Of a stretch of 64,000 bases of DNA, positions 25,440 to 39,960 are shown one piece after another (position 1 is the first letter of the stretch; the number at the start of each line of letters is the position of its first letter). Origin of the DNA: the human T2T-CHM13v2.0 reference genome, Homo sapiens; NCBI RefSeq assembly GCF_009914755.1, contig NC_060938.1, one strand, 5' to 3'. The translations under genes and the position numbers were made by a program. The notes beneath the pieces were generated by a model. It ran no database searches, was not told the origin of the DNA, and was given only the letters and a program-made list of their open reading frames with translations.

Positions 25440-25860
25440 ATGGAAAAAAAAATCAATGCAATTTGAATTTCTCTTCCCCAGACGAGTCTTTGATAAATTG
25501 TTGTGGAGAGCTATTGATCTCTTATTGCGATGTGATTTTTAAACAGCATTAAAGTAAACATAGTCTTATTGTGTTCGTTTTACTGGATAACACTTATCTA
25601 GACAAAAGGAGGCACGAAGCTGCCGGAGCTACTCAGCTTTACCTCTAGGAAAGATACAGCGAATCACCGCCAATAAAACAAAGCAAAACAAAAAGCTCGC
25701 CATGCTGAACGGAATGGGAAAATTGCTCTCTTGTCACTAATTTTGATTGAATTGAGTCGGCAATCTCTGAACCGGTTCACTGATACAACAATAGGAAACA
25801 TTTAACTGTTTCTTGCACCTTTAAACATAAATAGTAGGTTTTTAAGCAGTCAGTAGGCGA
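25440..25860. promoter_or_regulatory. Candidate enhancer / conserved non-coding element
   Basis: Repeat-free with retained CpGs. FOX GTAAACA 25554-25560, HOX13 CCAATAAAA 25670-25678, GRHL-type palindrome TGAACCGGTTCA 25768-25779, SOX AACAAT 25787-25792. Confidence 0.45.
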
Positions 25861-26308
25861 TGTGTGATCAAGGTTCAGACAGACGCAGACAACTGATCAC
25901 CCACTCAGATCCCAGACTTGATGGAAATGAGATATTGTCCAGAAGAGCGCTCTCAGTGGCTGCTGGGTGAGCAAGGACTTGGCCCTTGTCTGCTGGGAGA
26001 GATCAAGGCTCAGGGTTAGTGATATGAATGAGCACGCTGGCTGACACTTACTGAGGACTCTCTGTGCACCAGGCTGTGCTCTAAGTGCTATATATGCATC
26101 ATCTCATTAAATCCTCATGACATCACCATCATGTTGCTGCTTTTATGACCCTATGCTTTACAGATGGCAGGACTTAGCAGTTGCCAGACCTGGTTAAAAA
26201 CCAGCCTTCGGTCTGAAGAGCACTGGACTGGAGTCAGGAAACTGTGGTTCTGGCTTTGGTTCTGCTAATAGACCTGTCTCCAATTCCCAGCTGCTGCTTA
26301 CCAAAGTC

Positions 26309-26785
26309 TGTGTCAGTTAGGGATCTCCAGGGAAACAGAACCAATACAATGCATCTCTCTCTCTCTCTCTCGCTTTCTCTCTTTCTCTTTCTCTCTCTCT
26401 CTCTCTGTCTGTATCTCTATACCTATATGGAGAAAGTTGAGAGACTGAGATGTAAGGAATTGGCTCATGTGATAATGGGAGCTGGTGAGTCCAAAATCTG
26501 CAGGGCTGGAGTCTCATGGAAAAATTGATGTTGCCATTCAAGTTCAAAGAACATCTGTTGGCTGAATTTCCACTTCCTCAGAAAATTTTTTTCTCTAAGG
26601 CCTTCAACTAATTTGATGAGGCCCACCATATTATGGAGGAGAATCTGCTTTATTCAAAGTCTACTGATTTAAATGTCAATTGCATCTAAAAAATACCTTC
26701 ATAGCAATATCTAGACTAGTATTTGACAATATATTATGTGAGTACCATGGCCCGGCCACGTTGGCCTATAAAATTAACCATCACA
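26309..26785 (-). mobile_element. MLT2 (MLT2D-like) 3' LTR with internal (TC)n
   Basis: 'tgtgtcagttagggatctccagggaaacagaaccaata', 'aaggaattggctcatgtgat', ending 'aaaattaaccatcaca'. Confidence 0.9.
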
Positions 26786-27014
26786 AGTTAACCTCTTGTG
26801 AACTTGGTGCCCATACGTATGTTCTTCAGCCGTTCTTAATCTCTGAATAAAAACATTAATGATGTCAAACATACTCCTAACATAATACAAATATACTATG
26901 TACCATAGAAAAATACACTAACTCTTTCTTCAGAAGATGATGCAAAGTCCTTTGGTGATGTCACTCTTCTTGCTATCTTGTAACTTAAATACTATGGTGT
27001 AAAGTGAACAATAC
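26786..27014 (-). mobile_element. ERVL internal 3' end adjoining the LTR
   Basis: 'agttaacctcttgtgaactt...cctaacataatacaa...aaatactatggtgtaaagtgaacaatac' follows the ERVL-internal sequence that lies next to the 3' LTR. Confidence 0.75.
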
Positions 27015-27204
27015 TCTGCTAGAAGTTTGGGCAAGTTGCTAATTTTCCTCAACTTTGGTCTCCTCCTTTGTAAGGTGGGGAAAGTAGTCCCAGCCATTCA
27101 ATTGTCCCAGTGACTATTGAATGACCTGATGCTTCTAAGATGCCCCACACTCAGTGAAGGCAGGCTGCCTTCTGTTTCCTTTCTGAATCATTGGTTCCAC
27201 TAAC

Positions 27205-27835
<631 letters not shown>

Positions 27836-27939
27836 CACTAGACTGTAAGCCTCTGGAGGGCAGAAACCATGTGTACTTTGCTCTTCCCAAAATCTCCAGC
27901 ATATTTCCTGTGCAGAGCAGATAGGCACAAACATCAGTG

Positions 27940-28638
<699 letters not shown>

Positions 28639-30421
28639 CTGTGGAATAACCAAAGTCTGTATAATGAAGGTTAAACTCCTTGATCTGGAAGGAGATTGAC
28701 ACCACAAAGCTCTGTGCCACTGTAAGCTCTTAACATTATCTATTTTGTGTTAGTCCTCACTTGTTCCTTAAGGGGAGACCAGAATTCACGGTGATGACTA
28801 TCATTAAATGGCCAATAAAAGGGGAAAAAAATCAACTTTCTGAAATCCTTTTTGCTGAGTTTTTCATTTATCTGTTTATTAATTTATTAACAACAAATTT
28901 TGCCCCCACTAACACTACCCCTTTGCCTGCTCATAAAGGCAAAACTTTGTTTTTCCCGGTTCCCTGGGGAGCCTTCAGTTCACAGGGTGGCCTAAGGAGA
29001 GATCAGTGAAGCTACGCGTTGTAGTCTATTAAAGCACAGCTGTTCATCAATTAGGACCGAGAAAATAGTCCTGCTGTTTTAGAGTGGCGTGATGCGCCTC
29101 GTATTGCCGGAGCAGGCACAATGAGATGGGACCGGGTCGCCCATTTTCCTTCATTCATCGCCCGTAGATGCTTGTCGGGAGGGCAGCCAGGTTTCTGTTC
29201 CTGCTTCTCATCCACAGGCCTACTCCATCCAGCCTCAACCACAGCCACAGGGAACTGGCTGTCCTGTTTTAGTACTCAAGCTGATCTGTAACCTAGAGGC
29301 TGATGGGAGACCCAGGCCACAATGGGTCCCTCCGTAAACTCGACTTGAATAGTATAGTGTCCTTGGTTTGACCTGAATAAAGCTTCCACTGAAACCCATT
29401 GTGTTCCATGCGTCCACCCCTTGCAAATCCCTTTAGTTGCAAAGAAGTTGGCTGTCATTGCCCTGTGGATTCAGAAAGCCTAAGTCTTGACGACAATTTC
29501 AATCCCAAAGAAATCTTTAACTCCACTCCCATTTCCTACAATAATGAGAGAGAACACCAGAGAGACTAGCAAACATCATCAGATGAACAGTTCACATTCT
29601 CTTGGTTCAAGTCCAAGGTTTTTTTCTACTATATTTAGAATGATATTTTCCAAGGTAGTGTGTGAGTTGGCTCCTGTCTAACTCTCCAGTATCATCTCAA
29701 ACCAGGGTACCCCAGGGCCTTTGCACGGCCTCTTTTGCCTCTTTTGGTCTTTGCTTACATGTCACCTTCCCAGAGGGACCTTCCAAGTTCATGCCATCTA
29801 AAGTCATTCTCTCCCTTACAATCTATCACACTGATCTGTTCATTTCTGCAATTTGTAATTTGTTTGTCCTTCCTTTATCCCAACACCCTCTGTTTTTATG
29901 TAAGCTCCCAGCACAAAGTAGAAACTCAATAAATTATTGTTGACCAGATATTGAAATTTGTGGCTGAAGAAATAATATTCCAGATAGGCTGAAGAAAGAA
30001 TATTCCAGACTGCTCTGGACTAGGGCTGAGAACCCTGGGATTCAGGTTTAATGCATGGTCATTGTGGTCTGGGGCCAATCCCCTGGTCTTTGAGCATCAG
30101 TCTCTACAGCTCAAAACAAGGACAGTGCTAGAAACTTTCCCCTAGAAGAGTTGGGAGAATTAAATGCTATAAAGAATATGAAAAGTGATGTGTGAATTGT
30201 AAGTCACACCTCACATCTGAGTCACTGGGGACACTGTCAGCTTCCAGAGGGTAGGGACAGCGAGTGGCTCAGCTTTGTCACTGTGGCATCTGGCAAAAGC
30301 CCTGCTCCCTCTCCAAGGTGATTTTTGGGTAAAAGCATGGTGTGGGGCAGTCCGAGCCAACACTAAGGAACTGCAAAGGAAGGACTCATCTGCTGAAACA
30401 GAGCCTGTCTGGCTTCCCTGG

Positions 30422-30813
30422 TATAATGGGTTGAAATGTGCCCCTCTCCAAAATCCCTGTGTTGGAGTCCTAACCCCCAGTACCTCCGAATGTGACTGTA
30501 TTTGGAGATAAAATCTTTTAAAGAGGTAATTGAGGTTAAATGAGGTCAGTGGGGTGGACCCTAATCCAATAAGACTGTTGTCCTTATTCAGAGAAGGAAT
30601 GTGGACCCAGACACACACAGAGGAGGGCCGTGTGAAGATATAGGGAGAAGGCAGCTGTCCATGAGCCAAGAAGAGAGGCCTTAGAAGAAACCACCCCTGG
30701 CAACACCTTGATCATGGACTTCCAGCCTCCAGAACTGTATAAAAATACATTTCTGTTATTTAAGTTCTCCAGCCTGGGGTACTTTGTTATGGTAGCCCTA
30801 GCAAACTAACACA
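30422..30813 (+). mobile_element. MLT1B-like solo LTR
   Basis: 'gtcctaacccccagtacctccgaatgtgactgtatttggagata' through 'gccctagcaaactaacaca'. Perfect TSD cctgg (30417-30421 / 30814-30818). Confidence 0.92.
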
Positions 30814-31029
30814 CCTGGACAGCCCCTTTATAGCAGTTAACAGCTCCTGTTTGCAGAGGCCTGAGTTCAGTCAAGGCAGCATGAGAAGTGCTTCATAGAG
30901 AAGATTTCCAGATGCCCCTCAGCAACCCGGCAAGGCAGGCCTCATCCCCCCAGGTGTGACAGACACAGGGTGAGGGTGAAACGGTCTTCCCAGGAGCACA
31001 CCCGCAAGGGAGGCAAGGCCCGAGCAGTG

Positions 31030-31220
31030 AGGAGTCAAGCACAGAGACTTGGAACAAGATTCCGCCTGAGTTTTGGCTCCTCACCTGCTAGGCTTGGGGT
31101 CTTGGCACCATGACTTAACCCTGGACTCTCAGTGTCTCCATCTTTAAATGGGGCTAATAACAGCAGCATCTGTCCCTCAGTGCTGTCAAGTGGCTTCAGT
31201 GAGATAATACATGGTATAGC
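31030..31220 (+). mobile_element. MIR
   Basis: 'gacttaaccctggactctcagtgtctccatctttaaatggggctaataa'. Confidence 0.7.
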
Positions 31221-31733
31221 GGATGACGCGTGATGCAGGACAAGCCCTCAAACTCATGGATGCAGTTCACAGCTTTTTGCCCAGCAGGGCTGAACTTGAG
31301 ATCCTCCCCTCTCCTGCTGCCCCAGCCTGGCCCTGGGCCTGGGGATGGGGGCTCGGTGCTGCCTGATGCATGGCCCACTGAAGGAAAGCTGGCTTCCAGC
31401 AGCAAATCTGCTGGTTTGAGCCCCTCTCTGAGCCCTTGTGACCACTTTTGGGCCTTTTAAGGACCTCTCTTGTACCTCCTGCTGCTGTAGAACAAACAAA
31501 AAATCTGCTGTGGCAGCTGGTCACCTCCTTAATTAAGCCGTGCAAATGTCGAAAAAGGTGTGAAAGCAAGACTGCATGTGGATAATCTCACTCTTAGATT
31601 GCAATGTGAATCCTTTCTCCCACCTCCCTTTTGGATGGATGACACCATTGAGGTCACTGGGAATAGGAAGAAGTTAAAGCAGAAAATAGTGACAACTCCT
31701 CATCATATCTGCAAAAGGCATAATGGTCCCTAA

Positions 31734-32032
<299 letters not shown>

Positions 32033-32079
32033 GCCCAAAGGGTTTTTGAATTCATCACTCCCCAACCCTGGCCTACAGG

Positions 32080-32290
32080 CCTGAGCTTAAACTCTGGATG
32101 TGCCACTTCCTAGCTGTGCAGGTTTAGGGAAGTTACTTCATCTCTCCGTGCCTTGGCTTCCATGTCTGTAACATGGGAATCATCACAGTACCTATCTTAA
32201 AAGTGGTTGGGGAGATCAAGAGATATCATGCACACAGATCATTTAGCAGAGAGTTTGCTCAAGAAATGATAGCTATCATCTGCTCGTTCT
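32080..32290 (+). mobile_element. MIR
   Basis: 'tgccacttcctagctgtg...aagttacttcatctctccgtgccttggcttccatgtctgtaa'. Confidence 0.8.
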
Positions 32291-33802
32291 TATTGTTGTC
32301 ATCATTTAAAAAAATTCCCATCCTCTCCCATTTCTGCTACCCTCTATACTTGGGCCAGCCCACTCATCTCTTCGTGTTTACACCCAGCTCTTCCTGCAAT
32401 GCATCGCCTCTTGTCTCTGCCAGTAGCCCAGTCACTTCACACCCTCTGAGCTCCAGCGACTCCTCCTCTGAGAAACCTCTTGGGTCCTAGTGTTTGTAGT
32501 TTGTCTCATGCAGTCCTCCTAAAACCTTGCGAGTTCTCTTCTCCCCATTTTACAAATACGGAAACTTGGGCTTATAAAAATTGATTTGTCCAAGGACACA
32601 AAGCTTTCCAGGTCACAAGATTTCAAGCACAGGGCTCTGTGGTCCTCAGGCTATGCTGATTTATCACTGTCTCTCCCCACACATTTCACCTTATTTGTGC
32701 ACTGTTCATTGACCCAGTCACTTTGTGAATTCTTTGACAGGGGGGATAAGACTTATTCATGTCTGCATCCCCAGCATCTAGCATAATCTTTGACATAGGC
32801 AGATACTCAATAAATACCTGCTGAGTGAGTGAAGGAAGAAATAAATTCCATATACATGAAATAAGAGAGTTAGATGTGAAGGAATCTCTAAGCTCCTCCA
32901 TAGCTCTCAAAAGTCTAAGTCACATAATTTATGGAAATTTCTTCCCATCAAAATCATGTTAGGAAAATATAGCAGTGAGTGGTGCTGCATGATTGTTAAT
33001 ATAATTTGCAATTTCCATAGCTTCTTATGGAGACATGAACTTAAACATGCACAGAGGTTTGTCAAATATCCTATGTATCTGGAGAATCCTAGGAGAATCT
33101 CAGAGGGGATCAACCTGAGGAACGTCTTGAACTGGGGTGAGATGTCCCAATAGAAACAGTGTCAGGGCCGGGCACACCTGTGCTGGGTCTTTGCTCAGCT
33201 GCTTATTGACCTCTAACCTTCCCCAAGTCTTGGCTTCAGTTTTTTCATCTGTAAAATGAGGGCAAGGCAGAATGGGGCTATGGCAGAGGCTATGCCTGAT
33301 ACATGGATGACTCAAGATGAGTCGCTTTCCTCTTCCTTCCCTTGTAATTTCCTGGCTCTGGCAGGTAAGGTACCTGTTAGTCCATCTTTCAACTTAATGT
33401 CTTTGTCTGCTCTTTGTTGCCATCTGGGGCAGCATCCAGGAGCATTCACTGAACATCTAAAGGGTGGGTACAGATGACAGAGGTTCATGGAGGTCCCAGG
33501 ACGGTGCCATCACTTCCAGCTGAAGGCTCGACTCAGCTGTGAACAGTGAGGACTTCAGTAGGCAGAGAAGGAAAAGGGTCAGGCACAGGAATTGGGAAAC
33601 AGATGGCATTTCTGAGGGTCCAGAGGAGAAAAATGCAAGCACACCCAGGGATTGTTGGTAGACAGTGTGTTTGTACCTGGGGACTGTGTGTGCAGAAGAG
33701 GATGGAGGGGCCAAATTAGGATGGTGGGAGTCAGACCAGAGTGGGGGGCATCCTGTTCAATACCATGGGGCCTACAAAGGGGCTGAAAATTCGTCTTCCC
33801 CG

Positions 33803-33957
33803 TTTTCCTTCCTCCCTCCTTCCTCCCTCCCTCCCTCCCTCCCTGCCTCCTTCCTTCCTTCCTTCCTTCCTTCCTTCCTTCCTTCCTTCCTTCCTTCCCT
33901 TCATCATTCCTCCCTCCTCCTCCTCTTTCTTCTTCCTCTTTTTTTCTCTCTCTCCCC
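33803..33957. repeat. Polypyrimidine (CCCT)n/(CCTT)~12 tract
   Basis: Read directly. Confidence 0.95.
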
Positions 33958-34366
33958 ATTTCAGAAGGATGGAGCTAATTCCAGAAGGGTGGAGTTTAAT
34001 CCAAGGTTAAAGTTGGAGGACACAAAAGACAGATCTCAGCGGGGTTCTGAGTGGGTGGGGGAAGGAGAAGAGATCAAATTAGAAAAGGATTAAAATATCA
34101 GGGCAGTTTCTGAATCTTGAAACTAAGTGTTAGTCTGCAAAGGACAAAAGACAGAATCCCAGTATCCTCTTAAACATCGCCTGTCCCCTGTTTCTTTTCT
34201 GTCTCTGCCTTTGGATGCCCCTCTGCTGAGGGGCAGGGCCTCTCAGACGACACCTTTCCTGACTTTCTCTGTGTATCCAAACTCTCAGATGACATGCATT
34301 TGATTTCTCCCAGTTTTAATTTTAAGAAAACAAGAATGCCCTCCCTCTCTCCCTCCCTAATTTCGT

Positions 34367-34442
34367 CCTTCCTTCCTTCCTTCCTTCCTTCCTTCCTTCC
34401 TTCCTTCCTTCCTTCCTTCCTTCCTTCCTTCCTTCCTTCCTT
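34367..34442. repeat. (CCTT)19 pure tetranucleotide repeat
   Basis: Read directly. Confidence 0.97.
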
Positions 34443-34908
34443 TCCCCCTTCCTCCTTCCCATCCATCCATTAGGCACTAATATATGGTAGTAGAAAATGG
34501 GCATGCAGGGGAGAAAGGGACAATTATTTATTGAATTTAGAGTTATCGATGTCATGGAGGCTAGGGGATGAATCCTGTCTTCTTCTAGCTACTGTTTTCT
34601 CTGTCAAGTCCCTGTGTCATTCAGAAACCCAGCTTTGTCATCTGTAAACCAGGGTTGATAGAGCCGACCTTGCCAGGTTCTTATGCAGGGACTCACAGGA
34701 ACCATCACCAAATGCTTTCGCTGGAGATGTGGGCAGGAATCTCCTCCCAACAACCCATGCGCAGCAAAGGGGTTATTTGTATACTTTTCCAGAATGAGAA
34801 TAGGGCAGGACTGCACTGGATCTGCTCATTGGGAAGTCAGAAGTGAGATCCCTGAGAGAAGATTCTCTTTCTCTTGAAGCGTTTCTGGGGAGCCTCATTT
34901 TGCTTCCC

Positions 34909-35022
34909 AGATAAGATAGAAATAGATAGGTAGATAGATAAGACAAATAGATACACGGATACAAGGTTAATAGATACATAGACAGATAAATAGACAGACA
35001 GATAGATAGATGAATGGAATAA

Positions 35023-35076
<54 letters not shown>

Positions 35077-35085
35077 TAGATAGAT
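34909..35085. repeat. Compound (GATA)n repeat with pure core of about 13 units
   Basis: Read directly. Confidence 0.97.
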
Positions 35086-35178
35086 TTGCTAGAGGCCAGA
35101 CTTGGCTTTGAAACTCAATGTATGACTGCTGCCCCCTGCCCAGGGACGTCTTCCCCCGGTGGGACAGGAGAGCAGTGA

Positions 35179-35514
<336 letters not shown>

Positions 35515-36124
35515 TTATTCTTGAAAGCAAAGTGTGTGCTCAGAGGCAGAGCCTGGGCTCCACACACATGATCTCACAGCAGCCTGATCAGGGGATCCTT
35601 TACCCTGTTTTTCCAGATAGGGAACCTCAGTGGCACATAGGCAAGCAAAGAGCTTATCCAGGGCCACACAGCCAGCGGGCAGAGATACATGGCAGCAGAC
35701 AAGTGGCCCTGGCCATGCAGCTGCCTCACCTCAGCTTTGATCTTAGAGGAAGAAACTCTGCCTTCAGCCTGGGCCTGTGCAACACACACCTCCTAAACAA
35801 GAAAACAACCAACAATGTGGGGAGCATTGTCTCCAGTGACCATCCAGGGCCAGGGCTGGCTTTGGGGTGTATCCTCAGGTCAGCTGCGATATGAGGAGCT
35901 GCAGGTCAACTGCAACATGAGGAACATCGACAGGCCCAAGGTCTTCCTTTTAAAGAGCTACCATTTAGTCTGAGACATATTTGTGCCTGTTCTAGAATTT
36001 TGGTGTGAAAAGTTCTCTATTTTATGAAAGGAAGAAAAGTTCTCTATTTTACTCTATTTTATGTAGTACTTGGGTTTTGTTTTTAAGTTTTGGCCAAATA
36101 AAAGCTGACAACTCTATGTCAATT

Positions 36125-36143
36125 CTATCTCTGTCTATCTATC

Positions 36144-36186
<43 letters not shown>

Positions 36187-36214
36187 ATCTATCATCTATC
36201 ATCTGTTATCTATC

Positions 36215-36245
<31 letters not shown>

Positions 36246-36265
36246 ATCATCATCTCTTATCTATC

Positions 36266-36313
<48 letters not shown>

Positions 36314-36402
36314 GTTTATCTATCATCTATCTATCCATGTATCTCTCTCTCTTATTTATCTACCTATTTATCTCTAACTTATCTATTTACCTATCTCTAT
36401 TT

Positions 36403-36456
<54 letters not shown>

Positions 36457-36465
36457 GCTCTATCT
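36125..36465. repeat. Compound (TATC)n/(TCA)n repeat of about 340 bp
   Basis: Read directly. Confidence 0.97.
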
Positions 36466-38776
36466 TTAATTTTAAAATTTGCTGCTTGGTGACACCCACA
36501 GGTCTGGATACCACTGCTCTAGCTATCTCAGGGAAGTTCCATGAATTAGAGGCTTCAAATGCCTTTCAGGGGCTACTGATAGCCACAGCTCAGGCACCAG
36601 GTGCGCTCGTGGTTCTGGCTCTGCCCCTTTCTGCCGGGTTTGTAGGTGCTGCCCTCCTCTGAGCTTCCTTTTACTCCTCTGTGAACTAGACTTAATGAGG
36701 CCAACTCCAACGTGTCAGTGTCAGGCTGGGGTAAGATAGAGAGAGGGAACGGCCAGCATGGGGTCTGGCATACTAAGGGCACCAACCAATGGGGCTTGGC
36801 TTCATTTGTACGTTCACTTAACCAAGCCCATGGACCACCTACTGTGTACCACCCCTGCGTAGAGTACTGGGAAAAAGCAGTGAACATCCACAGTCCCAGG
36901 TTTTCAATCCAGCAGGGGTCCTGATAAACACACAGCTGACCTCCTCCCTGTTAAGGGTGAGGAGGGGGCTTCAGGAGGGGGGTGGCAGGGTGTCACTGGA
37001 GCACCTGGTGGAGGATTAGCTTCTCACCTGTCTTGGGTGTGGGTGGAGGTGGGGTGGGAACTGGCTGCTGGGGAAAACCTTCTGGCTCTTCATGGGACCT
37101 GCTCAGAGGGCCAGAGGAATAGATTCCTGGGAGCCTGGGAATTGAAAACAGAAATGTGTGACAACAGATGGACTGGGGTCTTTTCTGGAGCAGAATGTCA
37201 GTGCTCGTCTGGAGATCTCACTGTCTCTGAGGGCCATACCCACAGGTATGACCTACATTGAGAACGTCTGTCCTGGGTATGAAGTCTCTTCTCAGATGCA
37301 ATTTTGTTGGAGCTGCACAAGAGGCCCATGGGTTGATGTGATTATCTCCATGAAAGAAGATTTGGAGATGAGGACGGATGAAATGACTGGCCCATGGCCA
37401 CCTGTCTGGTCAACTGCAATGTGACCCAGGACTTCGGATCACACTTCACCAGCTCTCCAAAAGCATCTCACTCCAGACTCTCCAGATGCATCGTTTGCCA
37501 CATGCAGGGGGCTTCTGGAAGAGGGTGGCAGGGTGTCAAAGGAGCACATGCATAGCTGCCCTCTCTTTGTTTTCTCTGACATCAGTTGGCTTTCAAAAGC
37601 TGCGTCATTTCCTTCAGCCATTGGCCCAAGTGACTCAAGGGGACATGGAGCTCCAGTGGGAGGCGGGAGATTTCGCGCCCAGCTCCATCCTGTCTGTGGC
37701 CTCAGGCTTGCTTAGTCTCTGCCACCATGAGATGGGCAGTGGTCTGGGTGGCCCCCTTCCTCTCTCCTCCTGGCTGCTTGGCAGGGAGCACCTGATGGAA
37801 AGTGCTGTTGTATGGGGCCTTAGGAAAATTGGGACAAGTTGATGTTCACAGTGCTGGAGAGGCCGGCATCTGGGGGAAATTCATTATTTATACGCTGCGT
37901 GGGAGTTCCTGGTCATGTTTTTCTCAAGTGGAAACATTTGATAAAAAGCCCAACAAGTCAGAAAAAAAACTTAACTTAGAAAAAAAAAAGAAATAAAATT
38001 TAGCATCTGAAGTTGGACACTGATTGATATTCTGGGTTAAATCTCTTTGAACTAGGGAACAGACAACTCACAGAGCCATCCGACGTAGACTTATATTTAA
38101 ATGAACGTTGCCCTGTTTTCGTTTTGTTATTGGGTGTACAGGGTCTTTTTTTTAAGGATATAAATTCCAACCATGTTTTGTGTGAAGGGTCTCAGTGCAT
38201 ACTGACATTGTGAGTGTCAGCCCCAGATCACTTTAATCAGAGAGTGGATATGCATGATAAAACGGATAAGGGACTTTAATCAAAAAATCCGCTGGCCTGG
38301 AAACGTGACGCACTCCGCCAAACACACTTCATCCCACTTTTCTTGTGCCACTGCCAAGATTGTATTTCATGAATATGCATTGGACATGATATTACATTAA
38401 AATGTGACATTGGTGTATGTTGTGGAGGATTTAGAATTACCCCCCAAATATGTATGTATACATCTGTATACACACACACACACATGCATGTGCACATATA
38501 TATGTGAATCTATCTATCTATCTCTATATATATACACACTTTTTCAAAGTTTGTGTCAATTGGACATTAATGTTGCAATATGAGTTTTTTCCTCCTGAAG
38601 CTTACTTGGGAGCTGAATATTGGATTTATCACCTGTATCTTCCCTGCAAGAAACTAATAGCTATAGTAGGCAGGGGTTTTATTTAAACTCTACCCAGGAA
38701 TGCCCTATCCAGTTTCCAGCAAGGGTCATATCTTTCCTTACAAAACGCTCATTTGTGAGAGAGGGCACTGGTGGGG

Positions 38777-38780
<4 letters not shown>

Positions 38781-38816
<36 letters not shown>
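38781..38816. repeat. (TG)18
   Basis: Read directly. Confidence 0.97.
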
Positions 38817-38819
<3 letters not shown>

Positions 38820-39518
38820 CTATTTCAAGGCATTAATTCTAGACGCAGTGAATGAGAGAGCTGTGTGCCTTTCCTGATTTCAGCCACATTGCATGCCTCT
38901 TAGAAACAGGGGTAGGCCCTGGTGCAAATGCACGTGGCTCCTTTCCTGAGAAGCAACTTTGGGGCTCATTTTTGCATGCTTTGGACTTCCACGGACTTCA
39001 GCAAATCTGCTGCCTTAAGTCTCTTCCTCTCCTCTCTGCCTGCTGGGTTTTTTCCTTCATCTAGACGGAGGCTGCAAATTTTGAGAATTTATCGGAAATC
39101 ATATCATGCCATGCAAAGCAAACAACTTTCAAAGTAAAGGTGCACTGCGCAGATTAAAGATGAATGTATTGTCAGATCTTGTTTGATATCTTGCAGAGTC
39201 TCTCCCGTGGAAAAATTCCGGGTGGCGTTTGGCAAGCTCAGATTCATCTACAAGGAATCAGACGCTGAATGGCTCCATAATGCTATTTGCATAGAAATGG
39301 GCTGGTGTTTTGACTCCCCACAGGGCTGGGTGTCTCTTGGCGTCCCAGGGGCATTGGTGGCAAATGGCTAGTGCTTGTACCTGCCATGCATTTGGGCTGT
39401 AAGGACAATTGCCTACATTGTGGGATTTTTCTGGGTGGTAGTCAGAGCTTCCCGGTTTTTAAAACTACTGCTTTCAGCTGCTTAAAATCTCTTTTACAAA
39501 GAATAAAACTGGGAATTG

Positions 39519-39960
39519 TGTGATGGGTTGAATAGGATTCCCCCCACCCTAATTCATGTCCACCCAGAGTCTCAGAATGTGACCTTACTTGGAAATAGGG
39601 TTACAGCAGATGTAATTAGCTAAGAACCTGCAGATAAAATAATCCTGGATTTAGGGTGAGCCCTAAATCCAATGACTGGATGTCCTTATAAGAAGAGAGG
39701 ACACAGAGACACACAGGGAGAAGACAGCCTTGGGAAGATGGGGTCAGCGACTGGAGTGAGGCTGCCCAGGAATGTCTGGAGTCACCAGGAACTGGAAGAA
39801 GCAAGGAAGGATCCTGCCCTAGTGCCCTTGGAGGAAGTGTGGCCCTGCTGATAGCTTGATTTTGTCTTTTAGCATTTAGAAGTATAAAAGAATAATTTCT
39901 GTTGTCTTCAGTCACCTGGTTTGTGATACTTTGTTATGGCAGCCACAGGAATTGAATGCA
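39519..39960 (+). mobile_element. MLT1C-like solo LTR
   Basis: 'tgtgatgggttgaat', 'cagaatgtgaccttacttggaaataggg', 'tactttgttatggcagccacaggaa'. Confidence 0.9.
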
